This document shows, piece by piece, positions 1-13,936 of a stretch of DNA of 64,000 nt (within the stretch, counting starts at the first letter, position 1; every line of letters begins with the position of its first letter). The notes beneath the pieces are model-generated. The model was not told the origin of the DNA, did not search any database, and was given only the letters and a program-made list of their open reading frames with translations. The DNA is taken from positions 7,130,001 through 7,194,000 of the forward strand of contig OX597828.1 of NCBI GenBank assembly GCA_951406725.2, read 5' to 3'. Made by a program: the position numbers and the translations under genes. This stretch comes from Octopus vulgaris (lineage: Eukaryota).

Positions 1-1189
1 TACATATATATATATAATTATTATTTTGATAAGATTCTTTATGAAATATACCTAGATATTGGTGAGCGTACACTGCATGAGAAGTAGCCACACTAAGCTT
101 TATATGGATATAATATTGGTGGCGAAAGCAATTTCTTTTTCCTGCTAATGTGAATTTATATATATATTATACATATATAAATTTTGTGTAGATGTCAAGA
201 TGTGAAGTTCGAATGTATACAGACAAGGGATTGTGGAAAGCCGCGGTGAAAAATACTAGTCCCCACTAAATATTCTTCCGTCTACATACAAGGGAATTGT
301 AAAAGACCGGAATTCATTCAAGACACACAAGAAGCAACTACGGTGTGTATATAAATATATAAGTATCTAAATATTTATATATATGTATATATATATATAT
401 ATGTATGTATATATATATAATATATATAAATTGTATATATATATTTATACAAGTGGGTGCGGAGGCTTAGGCCGTAGCATGCAGTGTTGTGTGCGCGCGT
501 CTTCAATGTTAGCGTTACAAACGTTGAATGTGTGTATTTGCAAAGAGTAATAAGAATCCTTCTCGTTTGGTAGACGCTTGGTATTAGCACTAGTTGTAGT
601 TGTAGCAATAGTAGTAGCAACAGACAGTAGTACTGGTTGTATTTATTTCAGCGCTCATTCGAGGTGTGGTAGAAATTTTTTTTCCCTTGTATTTTTTCGC
701 TTTTCTTTAGCCTTTGTTTGTTGTGTTTGTAATTGTAGTAGTAGTAACTGTTCTTGTTCGAGGTATATCTACATTATCTCTAATATATAATATATTATAT
801 ATATAATATATATATATATTATAATTCCTGTGTAGTTGCTGCTGCTTCAGTTGGTTATAAACGAGTTTTACTATTTTCTTTTCTTTCTCTTTGATATCGT
901 CCTTTTGGCTTCGTTTCTGTTGTGGTTGTTGTTGTTATGTTTTGTGTTGGGATTTCTTTTTGTTATTTTCTTTTTTTAGGTCGGTATAAATATATATAAA
1001 TACACATATATGTATTATATATATATATATATATATATAATATGTAATATATATATATATATCACCCGCTTCTTTTTTTTTTTTCTTCTTCTTCTTTTTG
1101 TGTGTGTGTGTGGTTCTGTTTACCGTTTCTTTTGAAAATTCTAACTCCTTCTCCTCTCAACACACCAACAACAACAAAAGCCACACAGC

Positions 1190-1385
1190 TGCCCTCGGCG
1201 CGGCATCGAAATCCGACTAAGGAGCACCGACCAGGCGCACTGCACAAAAGCAATTATGGCCAATGTCTGACGTCATCATGTCGGAGCTGTAAGCGAGTGT
1301 AGCAAAATGATGGCTCCCACTGGTAGCGTCTCTGGTTGGTTCTCTGCTAGCACGTGACGCACGAGAAAAGGCGTGGTTTCGAAAA
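1190..1385. promoter_or_regulatory. Candidate proximal promoter: CCAAT box, perfect CRE, E-box, N-box, GC/KLF-like box
   Basis: CpG-richer non-repetitive island. Motifs: CCAAT 1260-1264, TGACGTCA 1268-1275, CACGTGAC 1351-1358, CACGAG 1360-1365, AGGCGTGGTT 1369-1378. Motif content only; no transcript evidence. Confidence 0.5.
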
Positions 1386-1800
1386 TAGAAGGAGGAGGTA
1401 AAAGAGAGGAAGACAGAGTGAGAGAGAGAATACGAGGGGGAGCAAAGAGAAACAGTAATAAAAGAACCCTCATATATATACATATATATACTCATGTGTG
1501 TATATATATATATACTTACAAACATGTATATAAGCATATAAATGCATAATATATACGCACACACACACAGAGACAAACACACACATAATTATATACACAT
1601 ATATATGTACAAACACACGCACACATATATAGAGACGTATAACTACATATACAAGCGAAAGGGAGATAAATACGTATTAGAAAGTAAGAGAATGTGTGAA
1701 AGAAGAGGAGAGTAATGAAAAACAAAACAGAGAAAAGAAACGAAATAAAAGAAAAAAACAAGGAGAGAAAAGGGGTGGGTACGCTCATTTATATATATTT

Positions 1801-1834
<34 letters not shown>

Positions 1835-2377
1835 TGTATCACACACAAACACACACTTGTCTATATGTACATGTATTCTTATAAGTTAAAGAAAAATGAA
1901 AAATAGTAACGACAGAAAACTGATTGAAAGACAAAATGAGTGATTGTGTCTCAAATATTTATCTCTCGGTCTCTCCTCGCATCTGTAATGTGTGTGTGTG
2001 TAAGTGTGTGTGTGTGTGTATCTGTATGAACCACAGAAGAAAATAGAAGACGAAGGTAAGATACGGAAGTCTAGAGTATAGGAGAGGGAGAAAGAAAACA
2101 CACAATATATATATATATATACATACATGTGTATATATATATATATACTGTGGGTGTGTAGAGAGGCAATTACATGCATGTGTATATAATATATTTGAAA
2201 TACATATACATATAGAGATAAAATGGATGGATAGATAGATACAAGCGTGGAAGAAAGGCAGAATTCAACACTCATACAGATTCTTAGTAAATTTCTAAGT
2301 AACGTTGTTGTGTGTGTGTGTGTATGAATGTAAACAAGTTCATATATATATATATACATGCAATTCACACACACACA

Positions 2378-2446
<69 letters not shown>

Positions 2447-2838
2447 CTATGTCTGCCTGAGTGTACGCACGCACAAGCACTAACACACATACGCGCGCGC
2501 GTGTGCTAGAAACCAGCAAGTACATGTCAGAGATTTTTATAATTCTAGTTATTTAACTACACTTTATATATATATATATATATGTGTGTGTGTATGTGTA
2601 TGTTTGTATGTATATTTAAGTATATACGTATATGAATGTATATATGTAAGTACACAAGCACGTGTGTATGTATTATATGTGTGGTTTGTGCCTGATGAAT
2701 ATCTTTCAGATATTGCTCAACATAAAACTATTAGTAACACTTAAAGACATGTATTGTGTCCTTTAAATAAATAATATTTATCTTTCACCGGGTAGAGTAT
2801 TTTTTTGTTGAATTTTCGATCACAGAACAGTACATTAT

Positions 2839-2882
<44 letters not shown>

Positions 2883-2910
2883 GTATGTATGCATGTATAT
2901 GCGATTTTGG

Positions 2911-2957
<47 letters not shown>

Positions 2958-3043
2958 CATGTATATGCGATTTTGGTTATATGTATATATATATATATAA
3001 ATATATGTGTGTATTATATATGTGTATGTGCCTCTTTATATAC

Positions 3044-3091
<48 letters not shown>

Positions 3092-3315
3092 ATATGTATG
3101 TATGTATATCGATATCAGGCGAATGCATCACACATTGCTAAAATCATTTCAACTCATATATGACGATATGCACAGATGTATGTGTATGTATACTATATAC
3201 ATATATATGTATATATATATATATAATATACATATATGTATACTATATACATATATATGTATATATATATATATACATACATACATACATACATATATAT
3301 ATACATACATACATA

Positions 3316-3354
<39 letters not shown>

Positions 3355-3608
3355 CACATATATATATATATATATATATGCATATATATATACACATGTA
3401 TGTATGGCTATACGTTATACAAATGGGTATCCGACGTGCATGCTTTCGGGAGAGACGATTAAAATAGTCAATATTTACATCATGCATTGTTGTGTCTGTG
3501 TGTCGGTGCGTGTGTTAGTGATGGAACACTTGAACATGTCACTTCAGAAGGAGATGTGGAGCTTCAAATCATTTTTCCCCGGGAGATAACAACAACAACA
3601 ACAACAAC

Positions 3609-3639
<31 letters not shown>

Positions 3640-3761
3640 CAGAATGAAAGGACAGAAGAATGCACCCTATTTCTTTAAAATGGGAGCATGTTGTCTGGGT
3701 ATGTGTGTGTGTGTGTCCTAAATTGATCGACTTTCACATCCGTACAGGCATTTCGATACAT

Positions 3762-3806
<45 letters not shown>

Positions 3807-4492
3807 TATATTTAAATATATATATATGCGCATATTTGTATATATTTTTGCGTCCTTAAACACCTTCCCTCTCCGTGTATCGATTTGTTCTATGCATGTG
3901 TATGCAGGCGTGTGTTGGATGTTTGTATACGTGTATGTGTGGGTGGGGGTCACTGGTGCTCGCGCGCCTGAGTGTAAAAGTGTGTGGGTGTGCGCGCCAG
4001 AATGTGTCTGTGTGTGTGTGTGTGTAGTAATCCTTCCTAGTTCCACGTTCCCATTCATAATTGTTATTTAGGGTAATTGTATGTGCGTACGTTTGTGTGT
4101 GACTTACCCATTCATACGTACTTGTGTCTGTGTGTGCGTGAGGTGTAAGTGCATCTACACGCACATTCACACTCGTATATATGTATACATACAAACATAC
4201 ATACATACATACATACATACATACGTACACACACATATATACATATATACAGACCTATATATCTATAGATATGTATATTTACATATATATGTATGTATAT
4301 GTACACACACACACTCACACACACATATATCTCCATGTTTGTATATTTTTATATATGTACATATGCGTATAATTTCTACATATTTATTTATATGTATATC
4401 TATGAGTTTTGTATGTGTGTGTTTGTGTGTGTACAGCTGGATTGATAAGTAACTCCATAAATAGATAGATAGATAGATAGTTTCTCCTTATA

Positions 4493-4581
<89 letters not shown>

Positions 4582-4875
4582 AACACATACATACAGAGAA
4601 AGAGTGAGGGAAACGGAGAAAGTAAACGCGAATGATATACATGTTTGTATGTATGTATATATGAATGTATGTATATATTTATGTATGTATGTGTGTATGT
4701 ATGTATGTATGTATATGTGTATGTATGTATATACACGCACTGACACAAACACACATACAAGAATATGTGCATAAAAAAAAGAATAATCATTTAATATGAT
4801 ATTATTTAAATGCTTACGCACAATTGGGACAGTTAGGCATACAAATACATACACACACACACACACACACGTGTT

Positions 4876-4921
<46 letters not shown>

Positions 4922-4945
4922 TGTATATATATATATATATGTATG

Positions 4946-5345
4946 TACTCTCTTTACTCTTTCTCTCTTTTACTCTTTTACTTGTTTCAGTCATTTGACT
5001 GCGGCCATTCTGGAGCACCGCCTTTAGTCGAGCAAACTCGACCCCGGGACTCATTCTTTGTAAGCCCAGTACTTATTTTATTGGTCTCTTTTGCCGAACC
5101 GCTAAGTGACGGGGACGTAAACACACCAGCATCGGTTGTCAAGCAATGCTAGGGGGACAAACACAGACACACAAAACACACACACACATGCACATATATA
5201 TATATACATATATACGACAGGCTTCCTTCAGTTTCTGTCTACCAAATCCACTCACAAGTCATTGGTCGGCCCGGGGCTATAGCAGAAGACACTTGCCCAA
5301 GATGCCACGCAGTGGAACTGAACCCGGAACCATGTGGTTGGTTAG
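4946..5345 (-). mobile_element. tRNA-derived SINE family A (CORE-like), 5'-truncated
   Basis: Reverse complement of the family A sequence seen at 7668-8088 and 15652-16085, including the GGCGGTGCTCCAG...CAGTCAAATGACTGAAACAAGTAAAAGAG tail. Confidence 0.88.
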
Positions 5346-5806
5346 TGTATGTATGTATGTATATATATATATGTATGTATATATGTATGTGGCACATATA
5401 TCACTATGCTTGGACGTGTATGTGTGTATGTGTGTCTTCGGAAGTGTGTTGACATACATTAATACCGAGGATGGGCGCACTAGCATCGTTCTCCGCACCG
5501 ATGCCCGTCCACAAGTCCCTTCCCTGTTAAAAGTATTGCGTTAACGTATGCAGTATCATAAAACTCCCTACACGGGGCTGTTTTCATTCGTGCATGCACA
5601 TACATATAAAAAAATAATGCACAGATGCACATTCAAATATTACACAATGAAACAGGACCACTTACACAACTATTATTTACAGTGCTATCATTTTGTTTTT
5701 CTTTTTCTTTTGTGTCTTTCGGTGGGGTGGGAATTTTTGTGGTAAAATAACATGTCTGGCATTCTACCGGTGTTTGTATGTCTAGGAGTATAAATATATG
5801 TATGCA

Positions 5807-6351
<545 letters not shown>

Positions 6352-6353
<2 letters not shown>

Positions 6354-6458
6354 GACTGGCCTGGTGCAGCCTTCGGGCTTCCCAGACCCCCAGTTGAACC
6401 GTCCGACCCATGCTAGCATGGAAAGCGGACGTTAAACGATTATGATGATGATGATGAT
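6352..6458 (+). mobile_element. Retroposon 3' tail fragment (family D) ending in (GAT)n
   Basis: CCGTCCGACCCATGCTAGCATGGAAAGCGGACGTTAAACGAT(GAT)n. A reverse-complement copy lies at about 19926-19985. Confidence 0.65.
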
Positions 6459-6478
6459 ATATATATATATATATATGT

Positions 6479-6830
6479 AGGCGCAGGAGTGGCTGCGTAG
6501 TAAGTAGCTTGCTTACCGGCCACATAGTTCCGAGTTCAATCCCACTGCGTGGCACCCTGGTAAAGTGTCTTCTACTATAGCCTCGGGCCAACCAAAGGCT
6601 TGTGAGTGGATTTGGTAAACGGAAACTGAACGAATCCCGTCGTACGTATGTGTGTGTATGTTTGTTTTTTTTCTGTGTATGTCGCCCGTCCCCACCATCG
6701 CTAAACAACCGATGCAGGTATGTTTATATCCCGTAACTTAGCGGTTCAGCAAACTAAACGGATAGGATGAGTACTAGGCTTACAAAGAATAAGCCTTTGG
6801 GTCGATTTTATTCGACTGAAACTAATAAAA
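6479..6830 (+). mobile_element. SINE family A with internal 3' deletion
   Basis: Head AGGCGCAGGAGTGGCTGCGTAG with B-box-like GAGTTCAATCCC. The tail is deleted between two GACT microhomologies. Confidence 0.85.
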
Positions 6831-7213
6831 GGATATGTGTACTTATGCATATGAGTGTATGAGTAACTATGCGCGTGTGTGTATCTATATGTGTGTGCAC
6901 GTGTCTGTGTGTATATACACAAATATCATATGCATTATATATAAATATAAATATATAAGATAATATAAATATATAAGATAATATACATAATGTGTGTATG
7001 TATATATATATATATACATACACACGTATGTGCATATACATTCATATACACATACGCGTGTGTGTGTGGATAGGATATGAAGTGCCATCGCATGCTACAA
7101 CAAAGGGTCGTGCATTTATGTAAACAACACTTCTAGTCTGAAATACTTTTCAACCTTCATTCTTCAGCTTTGGACAGTGTTTCGGACTGTTTATCTACGT
7201 GTGACATTACACA

Positions 7214-7437
<224 letters not shown>

Positions 7438-7548
7438 ATATGTATATACATTCATATATATACATCCATCTACAATATATGATATAACTATATGTGTCTG
7501 TCTGTCTATACATATATACATACATACATACATGCATACATACATACA

Positions 7549-7616
<68 letters not shown>

Positions 7617-7667
7617 TACAGATACATACACGTGGACATATACACACATATATATCTATCTATCAAT

Positions 7668-7827
7668 AGGAGTGGCTGTGTGGTAAGTAGCTTGCTAACC
7701 AGTCACATGGTTCCGGGTTCAGTCGTACTGCGTGGCATCTTGGGCAAGTGTCTTCTGCTATAGCTCCGGGCCGACCAGTGCCTTGTGAGTGGATTTGGTA
7801 GACGGAAACTGAAAGAAGCCTGTCGTA

Positions 7828-7878
<51 letters not shown>

Positions 7879-8088
7879 TTGTGTGTCTGTGTTTGTCTCC
7901 CTAGCATTGCTTGACAACCGATGCTGGTGTGTTTACGTCCCCGTCACTTAGCGGTGCGGAAAAAGAGACCGATAGAATAAGTACTGGGCTTACAAAGAAT
8001 AAGTCTCGGGGTCGATTTGCTCGACTAAAGGCGGTGCTCCAGCATGGCCACAGTCAAATGACTGAAACAAGTAAAAGAGTAAAGAGTA
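7668..8088 (+). mobile_element. SINE family A, near full length
   Basis: A-box-like TGGCTGTGTGG, B-box-like GGTTCAGTC, CORE-like CTTGGGCAAGT, internal (TA)n(TG)n, 3' hairpin CAGTCAAATGACTG and AAAGAGT tail repeats. Confidence 0.9.
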
Positions 8089-8192
8089 TACTTATATAAT
8101 GCATATATGTGTGTGTGTATATGGTGGTGTATGTATCTCTATGCATATACATATGTATACGTACGTGCATGTTTATGTGTATATGTATAGAT

Positions 8193-8224
<32 letters not shown>

Positions 8225-8241
8225 ATATCTATATCTATATA

Positions 8242-8307
<66 letters not shown>

Positions 8308-8467
8308 CATACAAACATACATACATACATATAAACATGTACACAAATACACCTACACGCACACATACAAACACATGTATATACATATATCCATGCCTGC
8401 ATACACGCATATACATGTATCCGTGTATAGGTATATGTGTATTACTGGAATGTACTTACGTGGGAAG

Positions 8468-8504
<37 letters not shown>

Positions 8505-8686
8505 ACACACACACACACACACACACATTCATCAACTCACACTCACACACATACACTTGTCCGTATATATACGTTATCCAGAATGTTTGGGCTATTTGCA
8601 TGTATCAATATTTCTTAATAAAATTCAATAGACAATACACATTTTATCAACACTCGCGCACACATGAATATGTGTGTGTATGTAGA

Positions 8687-8718
<32 letters not shown>

Positions 8719-8875
8719 CTGTATGTATTTAGGTATATAAGCAGAGAGTGAGATAGATATATATAGATACCTACACTGATACATACATACATACATATAT
8801 AGACACATACGCACACGACCATACATACACACACACATATATATACATACACACATACATACATACATACCTACA

Positions 8876-8909
<34 letters not shown>

Positions 8910-8953
8910 CATACATACATATATATATATATATATTTATATATTTATATATT

Positions 8954-8992
<39 letters not shown>

Positions 8993-9053
8993 GTGTCCAC
9001 ACATATACACAAACACATGCATACAGAGAAAGAAAGAGAAGCAGATATATATG

Positions 9054-9145
<92 letters not shown>

Positions 9146-9284
9146 TATATATATATAGATACATATATATATATATACACACACACACATTCATATATAT
9201 ATACGTACATATATATATTCACACGTATATACACACACATATATATATATATAAATTCTCATACATACATAGATACATTCATAT

Positions 9285-9356
<72 letters not shown>

Positions 9357-9411
9357 GTGCATACATACATACATATATACAATCATGAATATACATACAT
9401 ACATACATTCA

Positions 9412-9444
<33 letters not shown>

Positions 9445-9634
9445 GTGCATACATACATACATATATACAATCACGAATATACATACATACATGCATTCAT
9501 ATATATATATGTATATATTCATATAATATGTATGTATGTACGTATGTATATTCATACATACATAGCTATATACATACACACATACGCGCACATTCGTATA
9601 CAACCATACATACATACATACATACATACATACA

Positions 9635-9670
<36 letters not shown>

Positions 9671-9695
9671 CACATATATACATGTATACACACAC

Positions 9696-9785
<90 letters not shown>

Positions 9786-9786
<1 letters not shown>

Positions 9787-10733
9787 TGCTTCTTTATTAG
9801 CCACACAGACGGGACAGATTACAAAGTAGAACTTTTCCTTTTGGGGAGAAATAAAAAGTGGGGTAGGTTTTCGATCAAAAGGGATCGTAAAAGGGAAAGA
9901 AAGAAAAAAAAAAGGGAAACAAAACAAGCAACGATCGATAGGGATCGTGTATCACAGAAATGTCATGATGTAAAGTGTAAAGGGGGTAACAGATAAGGTT
10001 TATCCGTGGAAAGAAAAGCCTACGGAAAAGACCACGGTAACCTCGGTCAATAATGTTACTTGTTACCACATTTGTTTGCATGTAGTTAACCCTCTGTTTA
10101 AAATTTTTCCGGGTTCATAGGATTATGCTCAAGGTGGCTTCGTCATTCATACGTGCCATCCTTGTTACATTCACCCATCTTTTTTTTGAAACATTCGCTA
10201 GAGAAAACTTGCCTCTCTACTCTCACTTTCCTTTTCAAGTGGTACTTGAAGAAGTTGATGAGAGATTGACCAGAGAGGAAAGTGTTTGTCTCCAATCCTT
10301 TCAGACGCGTCCACCAGATACATTCTTTCGCCATAGCCACAAGGATGATGAAAATAGCTCTTCCTTCCCGTTTGAAGGAAGGAGGCGTGACAATATTGAC
10401 GATAGACTCGGCTGATAAACCGACTCGTCCCACACGTGACAGCAGTCGTTCGACATAAGCCCACAAGTCGGAAATTGTTGGACACTGCACGGGTGCGTGC
10501 AGAACAGTTTCGTCGCTCTGACCGCATCTCGGGCAGGTCGGCCCCGTGTTTCTCGAGCCGTGTCTGTTGAGCTTATCCCGAACGGGTAGCGCTTCTCGGT
10601 AGCACTGCCAGGGCAGGGTTCTCTGGAACTTGTCCATGGGCCCTATTTGGAAAGTCGTCCTGAACAGGCGGGTCAGGTATTCCTCGTCGACGTCCAGGTT
10701 CGCCCCGAGCGCGTCGTCGTACCTCCCCTCCAC

Positions 10734-10735
<2 letters not shown>
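9786..10735 (-). mobile_element. 5'-truncated L1/Tx1-like LINE (ORF2 C-terminus and 3' UTR) embedded in (TATC)n
   Basis: Encodes LVEGRYDD...LPVRDKL...CPRCGQSDETVLHAPVQC, a CX2CX8HX4C zinc knuckle typical of L1/Tx1 ORF2. Ends GGCTAATAAAGAAGCA-TATC. Homologous to 26829-27440, 50815-51367 and 62892-64000. Confidence 0.88.
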
Positions 10736-10802
<67 letters not shown>

Positions 10803-10824
10803 GGACAGACAGACAGACCAACAG

Positions 10825-10855
<31 letters not shown>

Positions 10856-10998
10856 GATTGATACGTACATACATTCATATATATACATACACACATATAC
10901 ATATATTCATGCGTACATACATTCATACGCATGTGTGTGTATATATATTCATATATATATATATGTATGTATGTATCTTTCGGTCTGTCTGTCCATCC

Positions 10999-11054
<56 letters not shown>

Positions 11055-11125
11055 GTCTGTCCACCTCTCTTTCTCTCGTTCTCTGTATGTATATGTGTGT
11101 GTGTGGTGTACATATGTGTATATGT

Positions 11126-11182
<57 letters not shown>

Positions 11183-11473
11183 CATATATGTCTAAGAAAA
11201 CAGATACAATTATACACACCCGTATACATACATGTATGCTTATAAACATAAATACAACTGTGGGTATATGTGTACATGCATACGCGCGCGTACGCACTTG
11301 CACACACGCATTTCGATGTACAACGGCCTGCACACACGCACGTGCTTCACACATGAGTCTGAATATAGTTTTTTTGTATATCAAAAACGAAAGCAATCAG
11401 CATGTGCCTACATCGTTTCGGAACACATGCACTCCCACATGTGCAAGAACACTCACGTTCGAAGCAACCTTCA

Positions 11474-11541
<68 letters not shown>

Positions 11542-11966
11542 ATGTTTGTGTGCGTGCGCTCGAGTGTGTGAGTGTGTGTATTTAGCTTTATCTATGCCAG
11601 TGCAGTCGGACACTGAAAGCTTGCCCATGTGCTCGCTCACATGGCTACGAAAGCAGGCCAAGGAAACGTAGCCGAGAATAAATTTGGGGAAAGGGAGCAC
11701 ATCTTTTGGAATGGTTCCGGTGTCTGTTCCGTGTGTGTGTGTGTGTGTGTGTGTCGTGGTGCGTGAATTTCCGTGTCTGTACGTTTTCGAGTGCATGTAT
11801 GTTTGTATGTGTGCGTGTGTGTGTGTCAGTGTGTCTTAATTGTTTTCGCTGTAATTTTAAAGAAAACTACTGAAATTATCTAAAAAAAAAATCATGGTCT
11901 GCATACATACATACATACAAACATGCATACATACATGCATACATACATACATACATATACATATGC

Positions 11967-11999
<33 letters not shown>

Positions 12000-12082
12000 C
12001 ATACATACATACAAATATACCATACATACATACGTTTACATATGCATTTACATATATACATATATATATATATCCCTTTATA

Positions 12083-12183
<101 letters not shown>

Positions 12184-12260
12184 ATATTTATATATATATA
12201 TATGTATGTATATTTATATATATATATACATATATATATGTGTGTGTGTGTGTATATATA

Positions 12261-12301
<41 letters not shown>

Positions 12302-12361
12302 ATATATATATACATGTACATATATTCATACATATACATGCCGTTACACTCACACACAAAG

Positions 12362-12423
<62 letters not shown>

Positions 12424-12452
12424 TTGTATGTGCGTATATATATGTGTGTGTG

Positions 12453-12489
<37 letters not shown>

Positions 12490-12496
12490 TAAATAT

Positions 12497-12528
<32 letters not shown>

Positions 12529-12819
12529 GTGTGTGTGTGTGTAGTGCGCGAGCGATGGCTTCATATTTATATACTCCAAAATGGGCCTAAATGAGAATAA
12601 ACCTTTATAAATATACACTGTTGTGTGTGTTTATGTATGTGTACACGTACCCCCACACACACACACATATATATATACATATATACACTCACATGTATCC
12701 ACATATATGTAGACGTTCATATATATACATACATATATTCAAATACAAATATAGCTATGTATATATATATATACTCCAAAATGAGCCTGAATGAAAATAA
12801 TCCTTTATAAATACACTGA

Positions 12820-12851
<32 letters not shown>

Positions 12852-13051
12852 CGTTGCACACACGTGCGTGTACTTGTACGTATGCATGTGTACGCGTACA
12901 CACACATATATAGACACACACATGTATACACACATATGTTCAAATACAAATATACCTATATACATAAATATAAATATATATACATGCAAATATACATGTT
13001 ACACACACACACACACACATATACATATATATATATATATATGCATGTACA

Positions 13052-13102
<51 letters not shown>

Positions 13103-13528
13103 TCATATATATTATATATATATATATTCTCATATACGTACTTAGTATAAATATACATTACACACACACACAACTGTATGTTCGCCTGTGGCGATTGGTG
13201 GCATGGCCAGCATTAGTTAATCAGAATTATTCCCTTCAAATGCATCTAGCTATTTTCATAATGTCGAATAGGATAATTATGATTAGAATGACGCGTAGTG
13301 GACAAGGCTGCAAAAGCTGACAATAATCACTTTTGCTTTCGGTCAACCTTGTATCAACTTCTTTTGAGTTTCACACGAAAAAAAAAAGGTGGGGACCCTG
13401 GACCTTTTGCGCTTTACTGAATTTTCTGAAATGTAGGTGAGAGCGGCGTGAACGACCCACATGAATTGGGCAGTTCTGAGCATGCGCCTTATATCTATTG
13501 AACACTTCTAGAAAGATGCACTTTACTC

Positions 13529-13936
13529 AGATCTTTTCGGTTTGAACGGCAGTTTTTTCTAGCGGTGTCATATGAAATTGTCACCCATAATTATGACCCT
13601 CGTATCGATCTATTGCATTTCAATCTCTTTTAGGGTTAGGGTTAGGGGGAAGGGTATCTTTTTTTCTTCAGAAATGTAAATAAACCCAATCTGTTTCTTA
13701 AACGAGGGACATATTCATATGGCACAGAATGCTTTTTACCTCAATGGACGTCAGTGATTGGTTGAAATTGCAGAAATTGAAGAAAAAAACAACAAATATC
13801 TTACAAACTATAGAATTTTCTCAATGAAGCCAAGAGAAAAAGATGTTTTATAAACATTCTACCAGTATACGAAGTTTAAAATTTTTTAGTTACCTAGAAA
13901 TTATGTTAAAGACTGCCGTTCAAACCGAAAAGACCC
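13529..13936 (+). mobile_element. MITE copy 1 (GG-ended TIR family, 8-bp TSD, internal TTAGGG; Merlin-like)
   Basis: TIR (G)GATCTTTTCGGTTTGAACGGCAGT / ACTGCCGTTCAAACCGAAAAGA(T)CC. TSD CTTTACTC at 13521-13528 and 13937-13944. (TTAGGG)3 at 13630-13647. Confidence 0.92.

Noticed and set aside
5468-5510. Interrupted GC hairpin GGATGGGC..GCATCG / CGATGCCCGTCC
   Set aside because: Single short imperfect stem that is compatible with chance.
10143-10874. 243-aa ORF as a host gene
   Set aside because: The N-terminus is microsatellite and the rest is a truncated, frameshifted LINE ORF2.
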